Shown: positions 18,974 to 29,181, counted from the first letter of the stretch. The stretch is 64,000 nt of DNA from a virus (IMGVR_UViG_3300010429_002123); one strand, 5' to 3'. Translations and numbers: made by a program. Notes: a model not told the origin generated them from the sequence alone.

Positions 18974-20113
18974 ATGGAGGAGACATTCACAGCTACAACG
19001 GAGAAGGGTGAGGAGGAACTCACCCGGCAATTAGGAGAGGCCAAAGAGCCTCGATACACCCCCAGAAATATATTCGAATTCCAAGAGGGAGAAAAAATAG
19101 CAGGTATGAACTCCCTTATGGAACTGGCAAAAAATTACACAACCGATTGCAAAGACATTACTATCCCGGCAGATTCACTCCGGGTTATGACGACAGAGGA
19201 TAACAAACTTCTCATAACAGACACTTTCCCAGAAGAAGAAACTCAGGTTATGTCCAGCCTGAGTAGATGGTCTTTAGACCAGCTCTGTAACCGCTACGGA
19301 ATTCCGGTAAGATACATGAGAAAATGTATGCTGGCAAAAAGACTTGACCTATTAAAAGGAAACATAAATGGCTGGCTATCGAGGGATACAAAACCAGTAT
19401 TTCTCCGTTCCTACAGAGACAGAGTAAGAGGGTTTCTTTCCTCGAAATTCGTCCCGTTCGACAGTATAGACGTTCTGAACTGCCTGCAGGAATTACCCCA
19501 AATTCCTTACCAGAGGTTTTCTGTGCAGGCCAGCTATCTTGATGAAGAAAGAATAAACCTTCGTCTGGTAGATGTGGTTCCTCTGAACCTGGAAAACGAC
19601 AAATTATATGTAGGGCTGAACATAAGAGACAGTGACGTGGGAAAGTCAAGTTTTGAGGCGGGTATCTATATTTTCAGACTGGTGTGTCAGAATGGCCTTA
19701 TGACTAAAAACAGTGAGGGTTACTGCTGGACACGAAAACACGTGGGGCTAAGTCGGGAAATGTTCTTTGAAAACCTCGGCAGAATAGTAACTAATATGAA
19801 TCAGGTAAGGCATATAATAGAATATCACTACAAAAACCTTCAAAAACCAATAACCAAAATCGAGATGTCTGACCTGATTACCGGAGCTATACAAAAGCTG
19901 GAACTCGCTGAAGAAAAAGCCTTCGAGATAGAAACCTTAACAGAAGAGAAATACACTGTAAGTACATACGGATTTATAAATGCTCTTACAGAGATAGCTC
20001 AGACCTACGCTATCGAAAAAAGAGAAAGGATAGAGACTTACGCCGGGACATTCTTGCCGATGTCTGCCCCGGAAAAACCAGAGGAGGAACTTGTGTATGA
20101 AATGGTAAGCTAA
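18974..20113 (+). CDS. DUF932-family protein
   Basis: LDQLC, VRGFLSSKF, IRDSDVGKSS, FRLVCQNGL, RKHVG motifs. Confidence 0.75.
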   Translation: MEETFTATTEKGEEELTRQLGEAKEPRYTPRNIFEFQEGEKIAGMNSLMELAKNYTTDCKDITIPADSLRVMTTEDNKLLITDTFPEEETQVMSSLSRWSLDQLCNRYGIPVRYMRKCMLAKRLDLLKGNINGWLSRDTKPVFLRSYRDRVRGFLSSKFVPFDSIDVLNCLQELPQIPYQRFSVQASYLDEERINLRLVDVVPLNLENDKLYVGLNIRDSDVGKSSFEAGIYIFRLVCQNGLMTKNSEGYCWTRKHVGLSREMFFENLGRIVTNMNQVRHIIEYHYKNLQKPITKIEMSDLITGAIQKLELAEEKAFEIETLTEEKYTVSTYGFINALTEIAQTYAIEKRERIETYAGTFLPMSAPEKPEEELVYEMVS

Positions 20114-20123
20114 TAAAAAACAA

Positions 20124-20158
20124 AAGAAGGGTTACCTACAGCAGGTAACCCTCTTCTT
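20124..20158 (+). terminator. stem-loop/terminator
   Basis: AAGAAGGGTTACCT...AGGTAACCCTCTTCTT. Confidence 0.55.
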
Positions 20159-20179
20159 ATTAAGGAGTGTGCCTACGTT

Positions 20180-20683
20180 ATGGATACAGAAAATCCTATG
20201 AGCTCGCGGGTTATAGACGGGCGAAAAAGAAAGGAAATGAAAAAGAAGGGAAAACCTCCGGTCTTTGACAAAGAAAAACTAAAGAAGTTTCTTTTAGACC
20301 TTGACTCTTTCTTTGAAACCCACAGAGACGTTCTTCTTGATAACAACGGAAGGTTTTCTTTTAAAATAAGAGGTTTAAAAAACTGCGGGTTTACCCACAT
20401 AAACAACCCGGAGGACGTCTGTGACCTTGTAGAGATGACAGTGGAAAATTACTTTGATGAAATTCATATCTCTTATTATTACACCTCAAGGGGTGACAAA
20501 AAGAAAATAAGGTATCACAATTACATAGATGAGTCTTTAAAGGAGATATGCTTTCTGGAAGGGGGAGGAATAACTGACAAAAAAACCCGAACCCAAAAGG
20601 AAGGTTCGACAAACGAAGACCTAAAAAAAGAGGTGGATAAACTCATAGACTCATGTTACAGGGTTTCTTCAGAACCCTTTTGA
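20180..20683 (+). CDS. hypothetical protein
   Basis: 167-aa ORF, AAGGAG upstream. Confidence 0.5.
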   Translation: MDTENPMSSRVIDGRKRKEMKKKGKPPVFDKEKLKKFLLDLDSFFETHRDVLLDNNGRFSFKIRGLKNCGFTHINNPEDVCDLVEMTVENYFDEIHISYYYTSRGDKKKIRYHNYIDESLKEICFLEGGGITDKKTRTQKEGSTNEDLKKEVDKLIDSCYRVSSEPF

Positions 20684-20706
20684 CAAAAAGAAAGAGAGGA
20701 AATATT

Positions 20707-21879
20707 ATGGCGAGAGACAAATCCAAAAAACTGGAAGAGTTCATACAGACCCTAAGGGTCTCTTCCTTTACCGTGGAAGAACTGCTGGCCTACCCGGAAG
20801 TAAAAAAGATAGGTCTTGTGAGGGGAAGTGTCATACACCTTCTTACTTCCCTGATGAAGAAGGGCATTATTTCAAAAAGTCCTATGCGGGCTACGGACGG
20901 AGAAGGAAGGAAAAGAACTCTGACTTACTTAATACGAAGAGAGAGAGAAGAGAAAGAGGAGAGAGAAGAGAAAGAGGAGAGAGAAGAGAGAGAAGTAACC
21001 GACGAACCCCTGCAGACTGAGGAAGAAAAAACAGATTCTATGGTTTCTTACAGCGGATACTTGCTTGGCCAGGAGTTTAATGAATCTTCATTAAAATCTC
21101 TGAAAGAACTTGCTGGCAACTTTAATGAGGGTGTGAAAGAGGCCACAAAAAACTTTTGTGAGAAAGAAAAGAAAGATACATTGCTATTTCCCCCGTCTTC
21201 TGTCTCCTTTGGAGGAAGTTCCGGGCTCTTACAGCAACTCGGAGAAGCCTTAGAGGAGATAGTAAAAAGGGAAAGCAATGCTCTTCTTACCTCTGCCGAG
21301 CGTGTTCACGCCTATGAAATAGGGTGTGTAAAGGAAGACTTAAAAAGTAAAGAAGAAGAGTTACTGGCTTTAAAAACAGAGTTAGAGAAACTGAAAAACT
21401 CTCTGTCTCTCTCAGAGGAGAAGACAAAACTAACAGAGGCTGGTTACACTGATGTCGAGGAAGTTCTTTCTGCCCTGAGGAAAAACCGGGAGGAAAATCT
21501 TTCTCTATCAGCGGAGAAAGACAAACTTCTGGCTGAGATAAAAAAGATGGTTGACCTGGGAAAACAAACCGCCGAAGGCTGGGAAGAAGCGGAGAGTTCT
21601 CGGAAGTCTATTAAACTTACCCTTAAGAGTCTCGAAAAAGAAAAAACAAAACTTCAGAAAGAACTTGACGAAGCAAAAAACCTTTTACAAAAAAGTCAAG
21701 AAGAGATAAAAACTATGAAGAATGACAGGTTGGCTCTTATTGCGAAAAAACAGAAGGACGTCGCCACGGTCGAATTTGTAACTAAAAATAACTTTAAAAT
21801 CGAGATGGAAAAGATTACTACATATTACGAAGAGAAAATCAGAGTTCTTCAAAAAACTCTGGAAGAACGGGGGAGGTAG
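20707..21879 (+). CDS. winged-helix plus long coiled-coil protein
   Basis: FTVEEL...GSVIHLLTSLMKKGII N-terminus; EEKEER repeats. Confidence 0.55.
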   Translation: MARDKSKKLEEFIQTLRVSSFTVEELLAYPEVKKIGLVRGSVIHLLTSLMKKGIISKSPMRATDGEGRKRTLTYLIRREREEKEEREEKEEREEREVTDEPLQTEEEKTDSMVSYSGYLLGQEFNESSLKSLKELAGNFNEGVKEATKNFCEKEKKDTLLFPPSSVSFGGSSGLLQQLGEALEEIVKRESNALLTSAERVHAYEIGCVKEDLKSKEEELLALKTELEKLKNSLSLSEEKTKLTEAGYTDVEEVLSALRKNREENLSLSAEKDKLLAEIKKMVDLGKQTAEGWEEAESSRKSIKLTLKSLEKEKTKLQKELDEAKNLLQKSQEEIKTMKNDRLALIAKKQKDVATVEFVTKNNFKIEMEKITTYYEEKIRVLQKTLEERGR

Positions 21880-21882
21880 AAA

Positions 21883-22401
21883 ATGAACAGGTCGCAGGTT
21901 AAAAAATCTCTTGATTTCAGTCAAATTATCTTTAAAGATTACAGTGCTTTTAGAGACTTACTCAGAGAACGAACGAGAGAAGTAGAAGCGGGAGAAACTA
22001 TTTGTATAAATAAGCAGACACATAGTCTTATCTACAGAGACTCCCTTCTTTCGTGTCCTCATATAAACTTTGATAACTCCTGGGAGTATGAGTTCAATCC
22101 CCTCGGAAGTGTGGCAAAAGTGTTTACCCAGGACAGGGAGTGTAAGAAAACCGGTTACAATGTTATCGTGTGTGAAGACCCTTCGTATAAAGACAGTATG
22201 ATAGGCTACTCTTCTTCAGACACTACGGGGGCTCTTATGCTACTGGAGAAGTATGAAGACTTGACTACAAAACCTCTGGCTCAAAAACCGGAAGACCTCG
22301 CACGGGAGTTTGAAGAATACCTGAGAGTAAACACCGCTTTGAAGAACACTATAGCAAGTTTGTTAACCCTTATGGAGTGTTCAAAAAAAGATAACTCTTA
22401 A
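21883..22401 (+). CDS. hypothetical protein
   Basis: GGGAGG RBS, 172 aa. Confidence 0.55.
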   Translation: MNRSQVKKSLDFSQIIFKDYSAFRDLLRERTREVEAGETICINKQTHSLIYRDSLLSCPHINFDNSWEYEFNPLGSVAKVFTQDRECKKTGYNVIVCEDPSYKDSMIGYSSSDTTGALMLLEKYEDLTTKPLAQKPEDLAREFEEYLRVNTALKNTIASLLTLMECSKKDNS

Positions 22402-22688
22402 CCGGGGAGGGATGGCTATGTCCTATTTAAAAAACTGATAGACTCCGAGTTCTGTGAAGAGCGGGAACTTCTGGAGGAAGACCTGTTGGAGATACGAAGA
22501 ATATTAAAAAAGCTCTTCAAAAAAGCCGAAGAGAAAGCAAAGGCGGATATAAATAACCTGTCTGTTTCCCTGAAGGCTTTCGACACTTCCTGGGTGGAAG
22601 ACCGCCTATAGTATTTGTAAAAAATGGCTTGACATTTTGTCTGAAAAAGCGTATAATAAAACAGTAGTGAAAAAGAAAGGAGCCCCAT

Positions 22689-23606
22689 ATGAGTCTTAAA
22701 GAACTGCTTTGCCTGCGGAAGTTGCATTCCTCAGAAGAAGGCACCCTGAGAGTAAGGTTTTTTAAATACCTTGAAAGTCTGAATAAAAAACCACGAACCC
22801 GCTCAATAAATGAACTGCACCCCTCGGAAATCGCAAAAGGTTTTTGTCCGAGAGAGTGGTGTATTCTTCAGTCTCACATAGACCTGTATAACTTTCACGT
22901 GCCTCCGAAAACCCGAATAGCCTTTGACGTAGGCTCAGCTCTGCATGAAATGATGCAGAACTACCTGGCAGACATGGGTGTTCTAATAGGTTACTACAGA
23001 TGCAAAGAGTGCAGGCATGTTACACAGAGTATAGGGAAAAAACCTGGGGTGTGCTCAAAATGTGACTGCCACGTTTTCGAATATAAAGAAATCACAATAG
23101 TAAACAAGCTCTGGAACATCTTTGGTCACTGTGATGGGCTGGTTGAAATGGACGGAAAACTTTACCTGTTTGAGTTTAAGACCAGCAGGTCTGACGTGTT
23201 AAGAGGCATGGTAAAACCTCTGGACTGGCATGTAAACCAGGCCAGAATTTACATGTGGTCTTATAACATTATGCGTCAGGAACAGAGAGAGCTTTATGAA
23301 CAAAATACCTCAGACATCACCGAGGAAACCTATTACTTCTATAGAAGACCTATCGAAGGAATGATTATCTGGTATTTAGACAAAAATTACTCGGACATTG
23401 TAGACTTCAATGGTTCAATCATTCGTTTTGATATGGAGGCCGAAACTTATATAGAAAGTTTAAAAGTCCAGATATTAAAATGTCTTGACTTTATAAAAAC
23501 AGGAGTTCTTCCCGAACCCTGTTGCAGTAAGAGAAATCTGGCAGAAGGTTTAGCTTTTATGGGTTCTTCCGGTAGCAAATGCCGGGTAAGTGATTACTGT
23601 GTTTAG
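22689..23606 (+). CDS. Cas4-like PD-(D/E)xK exonuclease
   Basis: HPSEI...CPRE, GSALHE, GHCDG...FEFKT, QARIYM, C-terminal Cys cluster. Confidence 0.8.
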   Translation: MSLKELLCLRKLHSSEEGTLRVRFFKYLESLNKKPRTRSINELHPSEIAKGFCPREWCILQSHIDLYNFHVPPKTRIAFDVGSALHEMMQNYLADMGVLIGYYRCKECRHVTQSIGKKPGVCSKCDCHVFEYKEITIVNKLWNIFGHCDGLVEMDGKLYLFEFKTSRSDVLRGMVKPLDWHVNQARIYMWSYNIMRQEQRELYEQNTSDITEETYYFYRRPIEGMIIWYLDKNYSDIVDFNGSIIRFDMEAETYIESLKVQILKCLDFIKTGVLPEPCCSKRNLAEGLAFMGSSGSKCRVSDYCV

Positions 23607-23630
23607 AATGTCACCTAAGATTTTATTTAA

Positions 23631-23700
23631 GAGGATTTTTGTTACCACAAAAAGGATTTTTGTTACCACAAAAAGGATTTTTGTTACCACAAAAAGGAGG
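23631..23700 (+). repeat. 21-bp GGA-loop hairpin repeat ending in RBS
   Basis: CCACAAAAAGGATTTTTGTTA units, then AAGGAGG. Confidence 0.85.
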
Positions 23701-23707
23701 AAGTAAA

Positions 23708-23911
23708 ATGGCTCATGTAGAATTTTTAAACAGACAAAACCGGGCAGAGGTTTTAACCCCCCAGTCAGACACGGAAAAGGCGAAATGTCTTTTCTGCAGA
23801 GATAACTTTTCTCTTGTCAGAGAAATAATTACAGGTTTTTTCGGCATAGAAGAAACCCCAACTGTCTCTTCCCGAAAGGGGCAAAGGTCAGAGATTCTGA
23901 CGGAAGAATAG
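23708..23911 (+). CDS. hypothetical protein
   Basis: ATG after AAGGAGG. Confidence 0.45.
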   Translation: MAHVEFLNRQNRAEVLTPQSDTEKAKCLFCRDNFSLVREIITGFFGIEETPTVSSRKGQRSEILTEE

Positions 23912-23921
23912 AGGTGTAAAG

Positions 23922-24305
23922 ATGGGATGTAGAAACGTGCACAGGCAAAAAAACTATAAGGGTTCAAGCACAAATCTTAGCCCTGACCCGGACAAAGGCC
24001 GGAAGGTTCTGCACTTGATAAACAATCAGATGTTTTCTAACGTAGGGTTTAGAGAAGTTCGCACAGGAAACCTCGAAGACAAACCCTATGACTGGAGATT
24101 AATATACTGCTATGACGAACAGAATATAAGTTCAAAAGTGTTCTTCTCTGAGATGGAGAAACTACTCGAACAGGTACATAGGGCAGAGTGCCCCTTAATC
24201 TATATAGCGGTCTGTCATAAGGTTAACTGGCACTTATTTGAAGTGCAAGAGTATGAGTATGAAAAAGAAAAACAGATAATTCTTCATTGCAGGCTCTGGA
24301 GTTAA
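23922..24305 (+). CDS. hypothetical protein
   Basis: GAGGTG RBS, 127 aa. Confidence 0.5.
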   Translation: MGCRNVHRQKNYKGSSTNLSPDPDKGRKVLHLINNQMFSNVGFREVRTGNLEDKPYDWRLIYCYDEQNISSKVFFSEMEKLLEQVHRAECPLIYIAVCHKVNWHLFEVQEYEYEKEKQIILHCRLWS

Positions 24306-24309
24306 AATC

Positions 24310-24624
24310 ATGTTTGAAATAGGAAAAACCTACAAACACCTTTTTACAGGCGAGCTTCTCCTGGTTATAGGAATAGGTATGCCTGACTTAACTGACCCGG
24401 CAAAAAATAAGTATTTTGGAAGAACGGGAGAAGGAGAAATAAAAAAACTCACAGGGGGTAACTACTTACAATGGGAGTATTTTCCCGAGATTGAGGGAGT
24501 TCCTCAGCACACTGTAGACACCTACGGTACCTATGGAAAAAGAGAGGGCTCCCTTTTGGGTTCTGATATTGAGCGAATATGTACGGAAGTTTTAATAATA
24601 GATGTGTCACTGAGTGTGAACTAG
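24310..24624 (+). CDS. hypothetical protein
   Basis: MFEIGKTYKH start; follows upstream ORF by 4 bp. Confidence 0.5.
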   Translation: MFEIGKTYKHLFTGELLLVIGIGMPDLTDPAKNKYFGRTGEGEIKKLTGGNYLQWEYFPEIEGVPQHTVDTYGTYGKREGSLLGSDIERICTEVLIIDVSLSVN

Positions 24625-24646
24625 AGAAACTGAGAGGTGTGTTATT

Positions 24647-25192
24647 GTGCTTTTCTGGACAAAAACTGTATATTTGTCCTCTTCCCCGGAAGACAGGCTG
24701 ACCCTAAGGGAAGTAGAGGGTGAGTGTTTTCGTATGGAGCCCTGTTCTCCCGGAGAGGGAGCAGATGCTCAAATTACCCGTGCTCTGGGACACATACCAA
24801 GAGAAAAAAAGCGTCTGAGAAAGCGGAAAAGAAACGACAAGAAAAAAGCGAAGTATATCTTACTTTTCTCAGAAACAAAAGGGGAATTTGAACCCTTTAC
24901 CCTGCTAAGAAAAAAATCAGACGTCGCTTTTAACTTAAAGCCCCATATTCTCCAGCTCTTAGGAGACCCCACAGGTTCTTACGTTTTCCTTTCTTTAAAC
25001 GAGGCTGAAAACTTTGTCTCCTCTATCATATGTCCCCACGGTTGGGTGAACTGTGGAACCTGCAGGAACATAAAACCTGATGAGTATAAAGTAACCCCTG
25101 AGTTCGTGGCGAGAGCGAGGGGAGCGAAGAAACTCCAGAGACAAATCCGAAGTTTACCGGAAATAACTGAAGTTCCGGTGAAAAAGAGGTGA
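24647..25192 (+). CDS. hypothetical protein, paralog family with 48426 and 52971
   Basis: shared EAE.F....C.H..VNC..C.N and SLPEI.EV motifs. Confidence 0.6.
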   Translation: MLFWTKTVYLSSSPEDRLTLREVEGECFRMEPCSPGEGADAQITRALGHIPREKKRLRKRKRNDKKKAKYILLFSETKGEFEPFTLLRKKSDVAFNLKPHILQLLGDPTGSYVFLSLNEAENFVSSIICPHGWVNCGTCRNIKPDEYKVTPEFVARARGAKKLQRQIRSLPEITEVPVKKR

Positions 25193-25415
25193 ATATAACC
25201 TGTTTCCATTTCTTCTGTCCCTTTTATTCCAACAGGTCATTACCCACACCGAAGTCAATAAGTTTCTTTATTGCAGGATTTTAAATAACCCTGAAGAAAG
25301 CTACTAAAAAGAGTTAGACGCTTGATGATAAAAAGTGAAACCGTAAAATAGTAAGACAGCAAACTAATAAGACAGTAAAATAGTAAAATAGTAAAAAAGA
25401 AAGAGAGGAACATAA

Positions 25416-26570
25416 ATGGTTCACACGTTTGAAAGCTTATCAGAAAAGATAAAAGAATGCGAGGCTTGCCCTCTGCATGAGCACACAGGAAACAAGGTTA
25501 CGTTTGAGGGTCACAAGCAAGCAAAAATACTTATAGTCGGAGAAGCCCCAGCGAAAACCGAGGTGGCCGAAGGAAGACCCTTCGTGGGAGAGTCCGGGAA
25601 GTTTCTTGAAGAGTGTCTCGGAAAAGCGGGGATACAAAGGTCTCAGTGCTTTGTAACAAATACAGTGAAGTGCTGGCCTGTCAGTCCTGACACTAATACC
25701 ACTTTTACTCCCACAGACGAAACCGTTGCAACCTGTGCCTACAACTTCCTTGAGGAAGAAATATACCTGGTTGACCCTGTAATTATTCTGGCTCTGGGAA
25801 ACACAGCCTTTCACTTCTTCTTTCCGGGAAAGGGTGGTATAGTCGCCGAAGTAGATTCAGGTCAGATTTTAATTACCGATATAAAGGACAGAAACTATCC
25901 AGTCATTCCCCTCTACCACCCCAGATATGTGAGAGAAAAACAGTCTACCGAGTTAATGGCAAAGTTCCTCGGCGGTCTCAGGAGAGCTGTCGCTTACGTA
26001 GAAAATGTTGATGCCAATGGAAGAGAAGCCTGTCTTGAGGAATTGGAAGAGTTAAAAGCTAAAAAACCTGAGGTGACAGCCCAGACGCTCTCCGCCGAAG
26101 CAAACACACAGGCATTAAAAGAAAGTCTAAGTTTTGTGGCAGGTAAAAAGTTCCCGCTCCCTTTCCTCGAGGTCGGAGAAACTATGAAAGAAGTTGAGTT
26201 CCCAAAGGACATTGCAGGTTACCCTGACGCTGAACTAATAAATCTTATGGGAACTTACACGCAGATAATAAATTATGTGTCTTTCGAATGTTCAAAACTC
26301 TCTGTGGAGAAAACAGCCAAGCAAAATAAATATGGGTGGAAAAAAGCGTGTAAGCACCAGCTAGTAAGAAACGCTACCCCCAAACCTTCTATAGATGATG
26401 TTAAAATGCAACTCGACAGCGATAACGAACTCGCTGGAATGAAAAGAGACTTTGAGTTTTCCCAGGCAAAATATACTCTGACAGAAGGCTTGCTTCAGTC
26501 CTACTCCCGATATTACCAGGTGTTAAGCAGGGAACTTTCCAGACGAGGATATGAAAATGGGCGTATGTAA
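25416..26570 (+). CDS. family 4 uracil-DNA glycosylase fused to a C-terminal helical domain
   Basis: CEACPLH Fe-S motif, VGEAP, GRPFVGESG, TNTVKCWP, YHP. Confidence 0.85.
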   Translation: MVHTFESLSEKIKECEACPLHEHTGNKVTFEGHKQAKILIVGEAPAKTEVAEGRPFVGESGKFLEECLGKAGIQRSQCFVTNTVKCWPVSPDTNTTFTPTDETVATCAYNFLEEEIYLVDPVIILALGNTAFHFFFPGKGGIVAEVDSGQILITDIKDRNYPVIPLYHPRYVREKQSTELMAKFLGGLRRAVAYVENVDANGREACLEELEELKAKKPEVTAQTLSAEANTQALKESLSFVAGKKFPLPFLEVGETMKEVEFPKDIAGYPDAELINLMGTYTQIINYVSFECSKLSVEKTAKQNKYGWKKACKHQLVRNATPKPSIDDVKMQLDSDNELAGMKRDFEFSQAKYTLTEGLLQSYSRYYQVLSRELSRRGYENGRM

Positions 26571-26661
26571 AGTCCGGCACTTCGAATGATTTAGTATTGA
26601 AAGCCACTTCAGAATGTGGTATACTAAAAAATAGACTTTTTGTCTGGAAAGTGAGTTAGAA

Positions 26662-27336
26662 ATGGCTATATTTCACAAAATTGTAGGCAAGGGCTCAAAC
26701 AGAAAAGCCCTTGATGTTTACGCTACTCCTCCAGAAGCTATAATAGGTCTTCTGGAGAAAGAAGTTTTCGAGGGAAACATCCTTGACCCTGCCGTGGGTG
26801 AAGGGAACATTCTTATAACTTTAAAATGGTGGTTTGAGAAAAACAAAGGGTATACCCCCCTTTGCTACGGTTATGACCTGAGAGAAGATGACTCTATCTA
26901 TGGAAAAAAAGGTGTAGACTTCTTATCCTCAGACTCAAAATACCCACAGATTATGAACATAATAGCAAACCCTCCGTTCTGCGTGGCAACAGAGTTTATC
27001 TTGAAAGCAAAAAGTTTGGCTACCCACAAAGTTGCTATTCTTTTAAAGCTCGACGCTATGACCGGAGGAGACCGTTACGACCGTGTCTGGTCAGATACTG
27101 CTTTCCCTTTAAAAAAGGTAATCTGTTTTTCTAAAAGACTGGACTTCGAAAAAAAGGGAGCTCCTACAATGGAGCATATGTGGCTCATCTTTGACAAGAG
27201 TCACAGGGGGGAACCGACAGTCACGTGGTTTGATAACAGAGTTGTAGATACTGAGGGTATTCCTCTGGTAGAAAGAGTCATAAAAAACACCGAAATACCT
27301 TCTGATAAAGAGGTGGACGTCCCGGATGGTCAGTGA
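26662..27336 (+). CDS. DNA N6-adenine methyltransferase
   Basis: YATP, LDPAVGEG, DFL, NPPF. Confidence 0.85.
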   Translation: MAIFHKIVGKGSNRKALDVYATPPEAIIGLLEKEVFEGNILDPAVGEGNILITLKWWFEKNKGYTPLCYGYDLREDDSIYGKKGVDFLSSDSKYPQIMNIIANPPFCVATEFILKAKSLATHKVAILLKLDAMTGGDRYDRVWSDTAFPLKKVICFSKRLDFEKKGAPTMEHMWLIFDKSHRGEPTVTWFDNRVVDTEGIPLVERVIKNTEIPSDKEVDVPDGQ

Positions 27337-27940
27337 AAACAAATTTAGCATAGTCCTTGCTGACCCTCCGTGGCTGTATAATGACACGAAGGGTAATTTA
27401 CCTTCTTGCGGGGGAAAGACTTATCCGGTGATGACTCTTGAGGACATTCAAAAAATTCCCGTAGCAGAACTTTGCGATAAAAAAAGTTGTGCTTTGTTTC
27501 TGTGGGCAACTTCCCCGAAACTCCCCGAAGCCCTCAGTGTTATGAGTGCATGGGGATTTAAGTTTGTTACCACGGTGTTTGTATGGGTGAAGACTAACCC
27601 GACAAATCCGAAAATTTATTCTGGCCTGGGTCACTATACTAACCAGAACGCCGAGTTTGTTCTCCTCGGAAAAAAAGGCCGACTCTTTCGCAAAGAAAGA
27701 AACGTAAAACAAATAGTTATAGCACCCAGAGGGAAACACTCAGCAAAACCTCCCGAAGTAAAAGAAAGAATAGTAAGACTTCTGGGAGACATTCCTCGCA
27801 TAGAGCTTTTTGCCCGCGAAAAGATAAAAGACGGGTGGTCTTACTGGGGAAATGAAGTCCCTTGCGACATACCAGAAAACTGGGTGGACTGGAAATCCTT
27901 TACTATAGAGGAAAGAGAAGGTGCTACTGTTGGCTACTAA
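27326..27940 (+). CDS. MT-A70 family methyltransferase
   Basis: ADPPW, LFLWAT, FVWVK, GHYT, HSAKP, IELFAR, WGNE. Confidence 0.9.
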   Translation: MVSENKFSIVLADPPWLYNDTKGNLPSCGGKTYPVMTLEDIQKIPVAELCDKKSCALFLWATSPKLPEALSVMSAWGFKFVTTVFVWVKTNPTNPKIYSGLGHYTNQNAEFVLLGKKGRLFRKERNVKQIVIAPRGKHSAKPPEVKERIVRLLGDIPRIELFAREKIKDGWSYWGNEVPCDIPENWVDWKSFTIEEREGATVGY

Positions 27941-28409
27941 TTACCAGCGGGGAAGAACCCGCGAATATTATGTAATGCAGAACTTAAGAAAAAAGGGTTA
28001 CCATTGTATTCGTTCTGCAAGCAGTAAGGGTTACTTTGATGTCATAGCTATAGGAGAGAAGGACATTCTTCTTATCCAAGTAAAACTCTCCAAAGACGGT
28101 AAGTTAAAAAGAGACGAAAATTATAAACTGTCCCTCACACTTAAAGTTCCAACAAATACCAAAAAACAATTATGGCTTTTTGCCCCTGGAAGTACAACCC
28201 CAGAAATTCTTGAGTTATCAGGTATTTCAACACTTCCAGAAGTTCTTGAACCTCAGAGTGATAGACCGCCTGACGTTTCGAGTAATTTAAAACGGAAGGA
28301 ACAAAAAGATGGAGGAAATACTATTCAGAGTGAACAAAAACACGGACGAGAAAAAACTGTCGGGGGCGATAGTAAAAACTCTGGAGGAAGGAAAGCGAAT
28401 AAGAATTAA
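27921..28409 (+). CDS. Hjc-like Holliday junction resolvase
   Basis: YQRGRTRE...GY..IRSASSKG.FDVIA...IQVK. Confidence 0.75.
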   Translation: MLLLATNYQRGRTREYYVMQNLRKKGYHCIRSASSKGYFDVIAIGEKDILLIQVKLSKDGKLKRDENYKLSLTLKVPTNTKKQLWLFAPGSTTPEILELSGISTLPEVLEPQSDRPPDVSSNLKRKEQKDGGNTIQSEQKHGREKTVGGDSKNSGGRKANKN

Positions 28410-28569
28410 CAGTATAGGTTCAAAATGCAACTATATTGTGACTAAGAGTTTGATTATTGCCAGAAGTCTCCTCGCCGGAAACGCCAGGGATATAAAAATC
28501 ATTCCCGGGTTCGAGAAAAAAGAACAGGAAGACGTGCTTGTCATCGTCTATGTTGTGACTTTGCTTTAA
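28309..28569 (+). CDS. spoVS: SpoVS-like protein
   Basis: LSGAI...SIG...KSLIIAR...IPGF aligns by eye with SpoVS. Confidence 0.7.
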   Translation: MEEILFRVNKNTDEKKLSGAIVKTLEEGKRIRINSIGSKCNYIVTKSLIIARSLLAGNARDIKIIPGFEKKEQEDVLVIVYVVTLL

Positions 28570-28629
28570 ATACTGCTGAGAGCTTGAAGGCTCAAAAACT
28601 TAAAAACCTAAAAATGGGAGGTAAGTTCC

Positions 28630-29181
28630 ATGACTGCTAAATTACTACTATTTCTACTGCTGACTCTGAGCCTGCTTTTGTTTGCTCAGAGTCATTTTAT
28701 TGTTGCTGAAGAAGTAGCTGATTCTCTTATCCCCGCTAAGTGTGTGAAGGTTCTTGACGGGGATACTGCGGAGATTTCCTTTCGAGGGTTTCCTGTAAGA
28801 ATAAGACTGGCTAACATTGACGCCCCGGAGAAAAAACAAAAGTTTGGAAAAGAGTCTCTGGCTTTCTTACAGAACCTTCTTCTCGGAAAAGAGGTATGGG
28901 TAAACCCTAATGGAAGTTCTCTTGACAAATATAATAGAACTATTTGCGAGCTCTTCATAGAAAAAGAAGGGAGCTTACTCTGTGTAAACACAGAGATGGT
29001 AAAAAAAGGCTACGCTATGGTGTACAATAAATACTGTAATAAACAGGTATTTGAAATCTTAAAAGGTCTGGAGGAAACTGCCCGGCTGGAAAAGAAAGGG
29101 CTGTGGCAGGAAACAAACCCACAAACTCCGTGGGACTTCCGGGCTGAAGAAGCCAAAAAAACCGAAAAGGAGAAAAAATAA
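28630..29181 (+). CDS. thermonuclease (SNase-like) with signal peptide
   Basis: VLDGDT, IRLANIDAPE, DKYNR, GLW...PWDFR. Confidence 0.9.
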   Translation: MTAKLLLFLLLTLSLLLFAQSHFIVAEEVADSLIPAKCVKVLDGDTAEISFRGFPVRIRLANIDAPEKKQKFGKESLAFLQNLLLGKEVWVNPNGSSLDKYNRTICELFIEKEGSLLCVNTEMVKKGYAMVYNKYCNKQVFEILKGLEETARLEKKGLWQETNPQTPWDFRAEEAKKTEKEKK

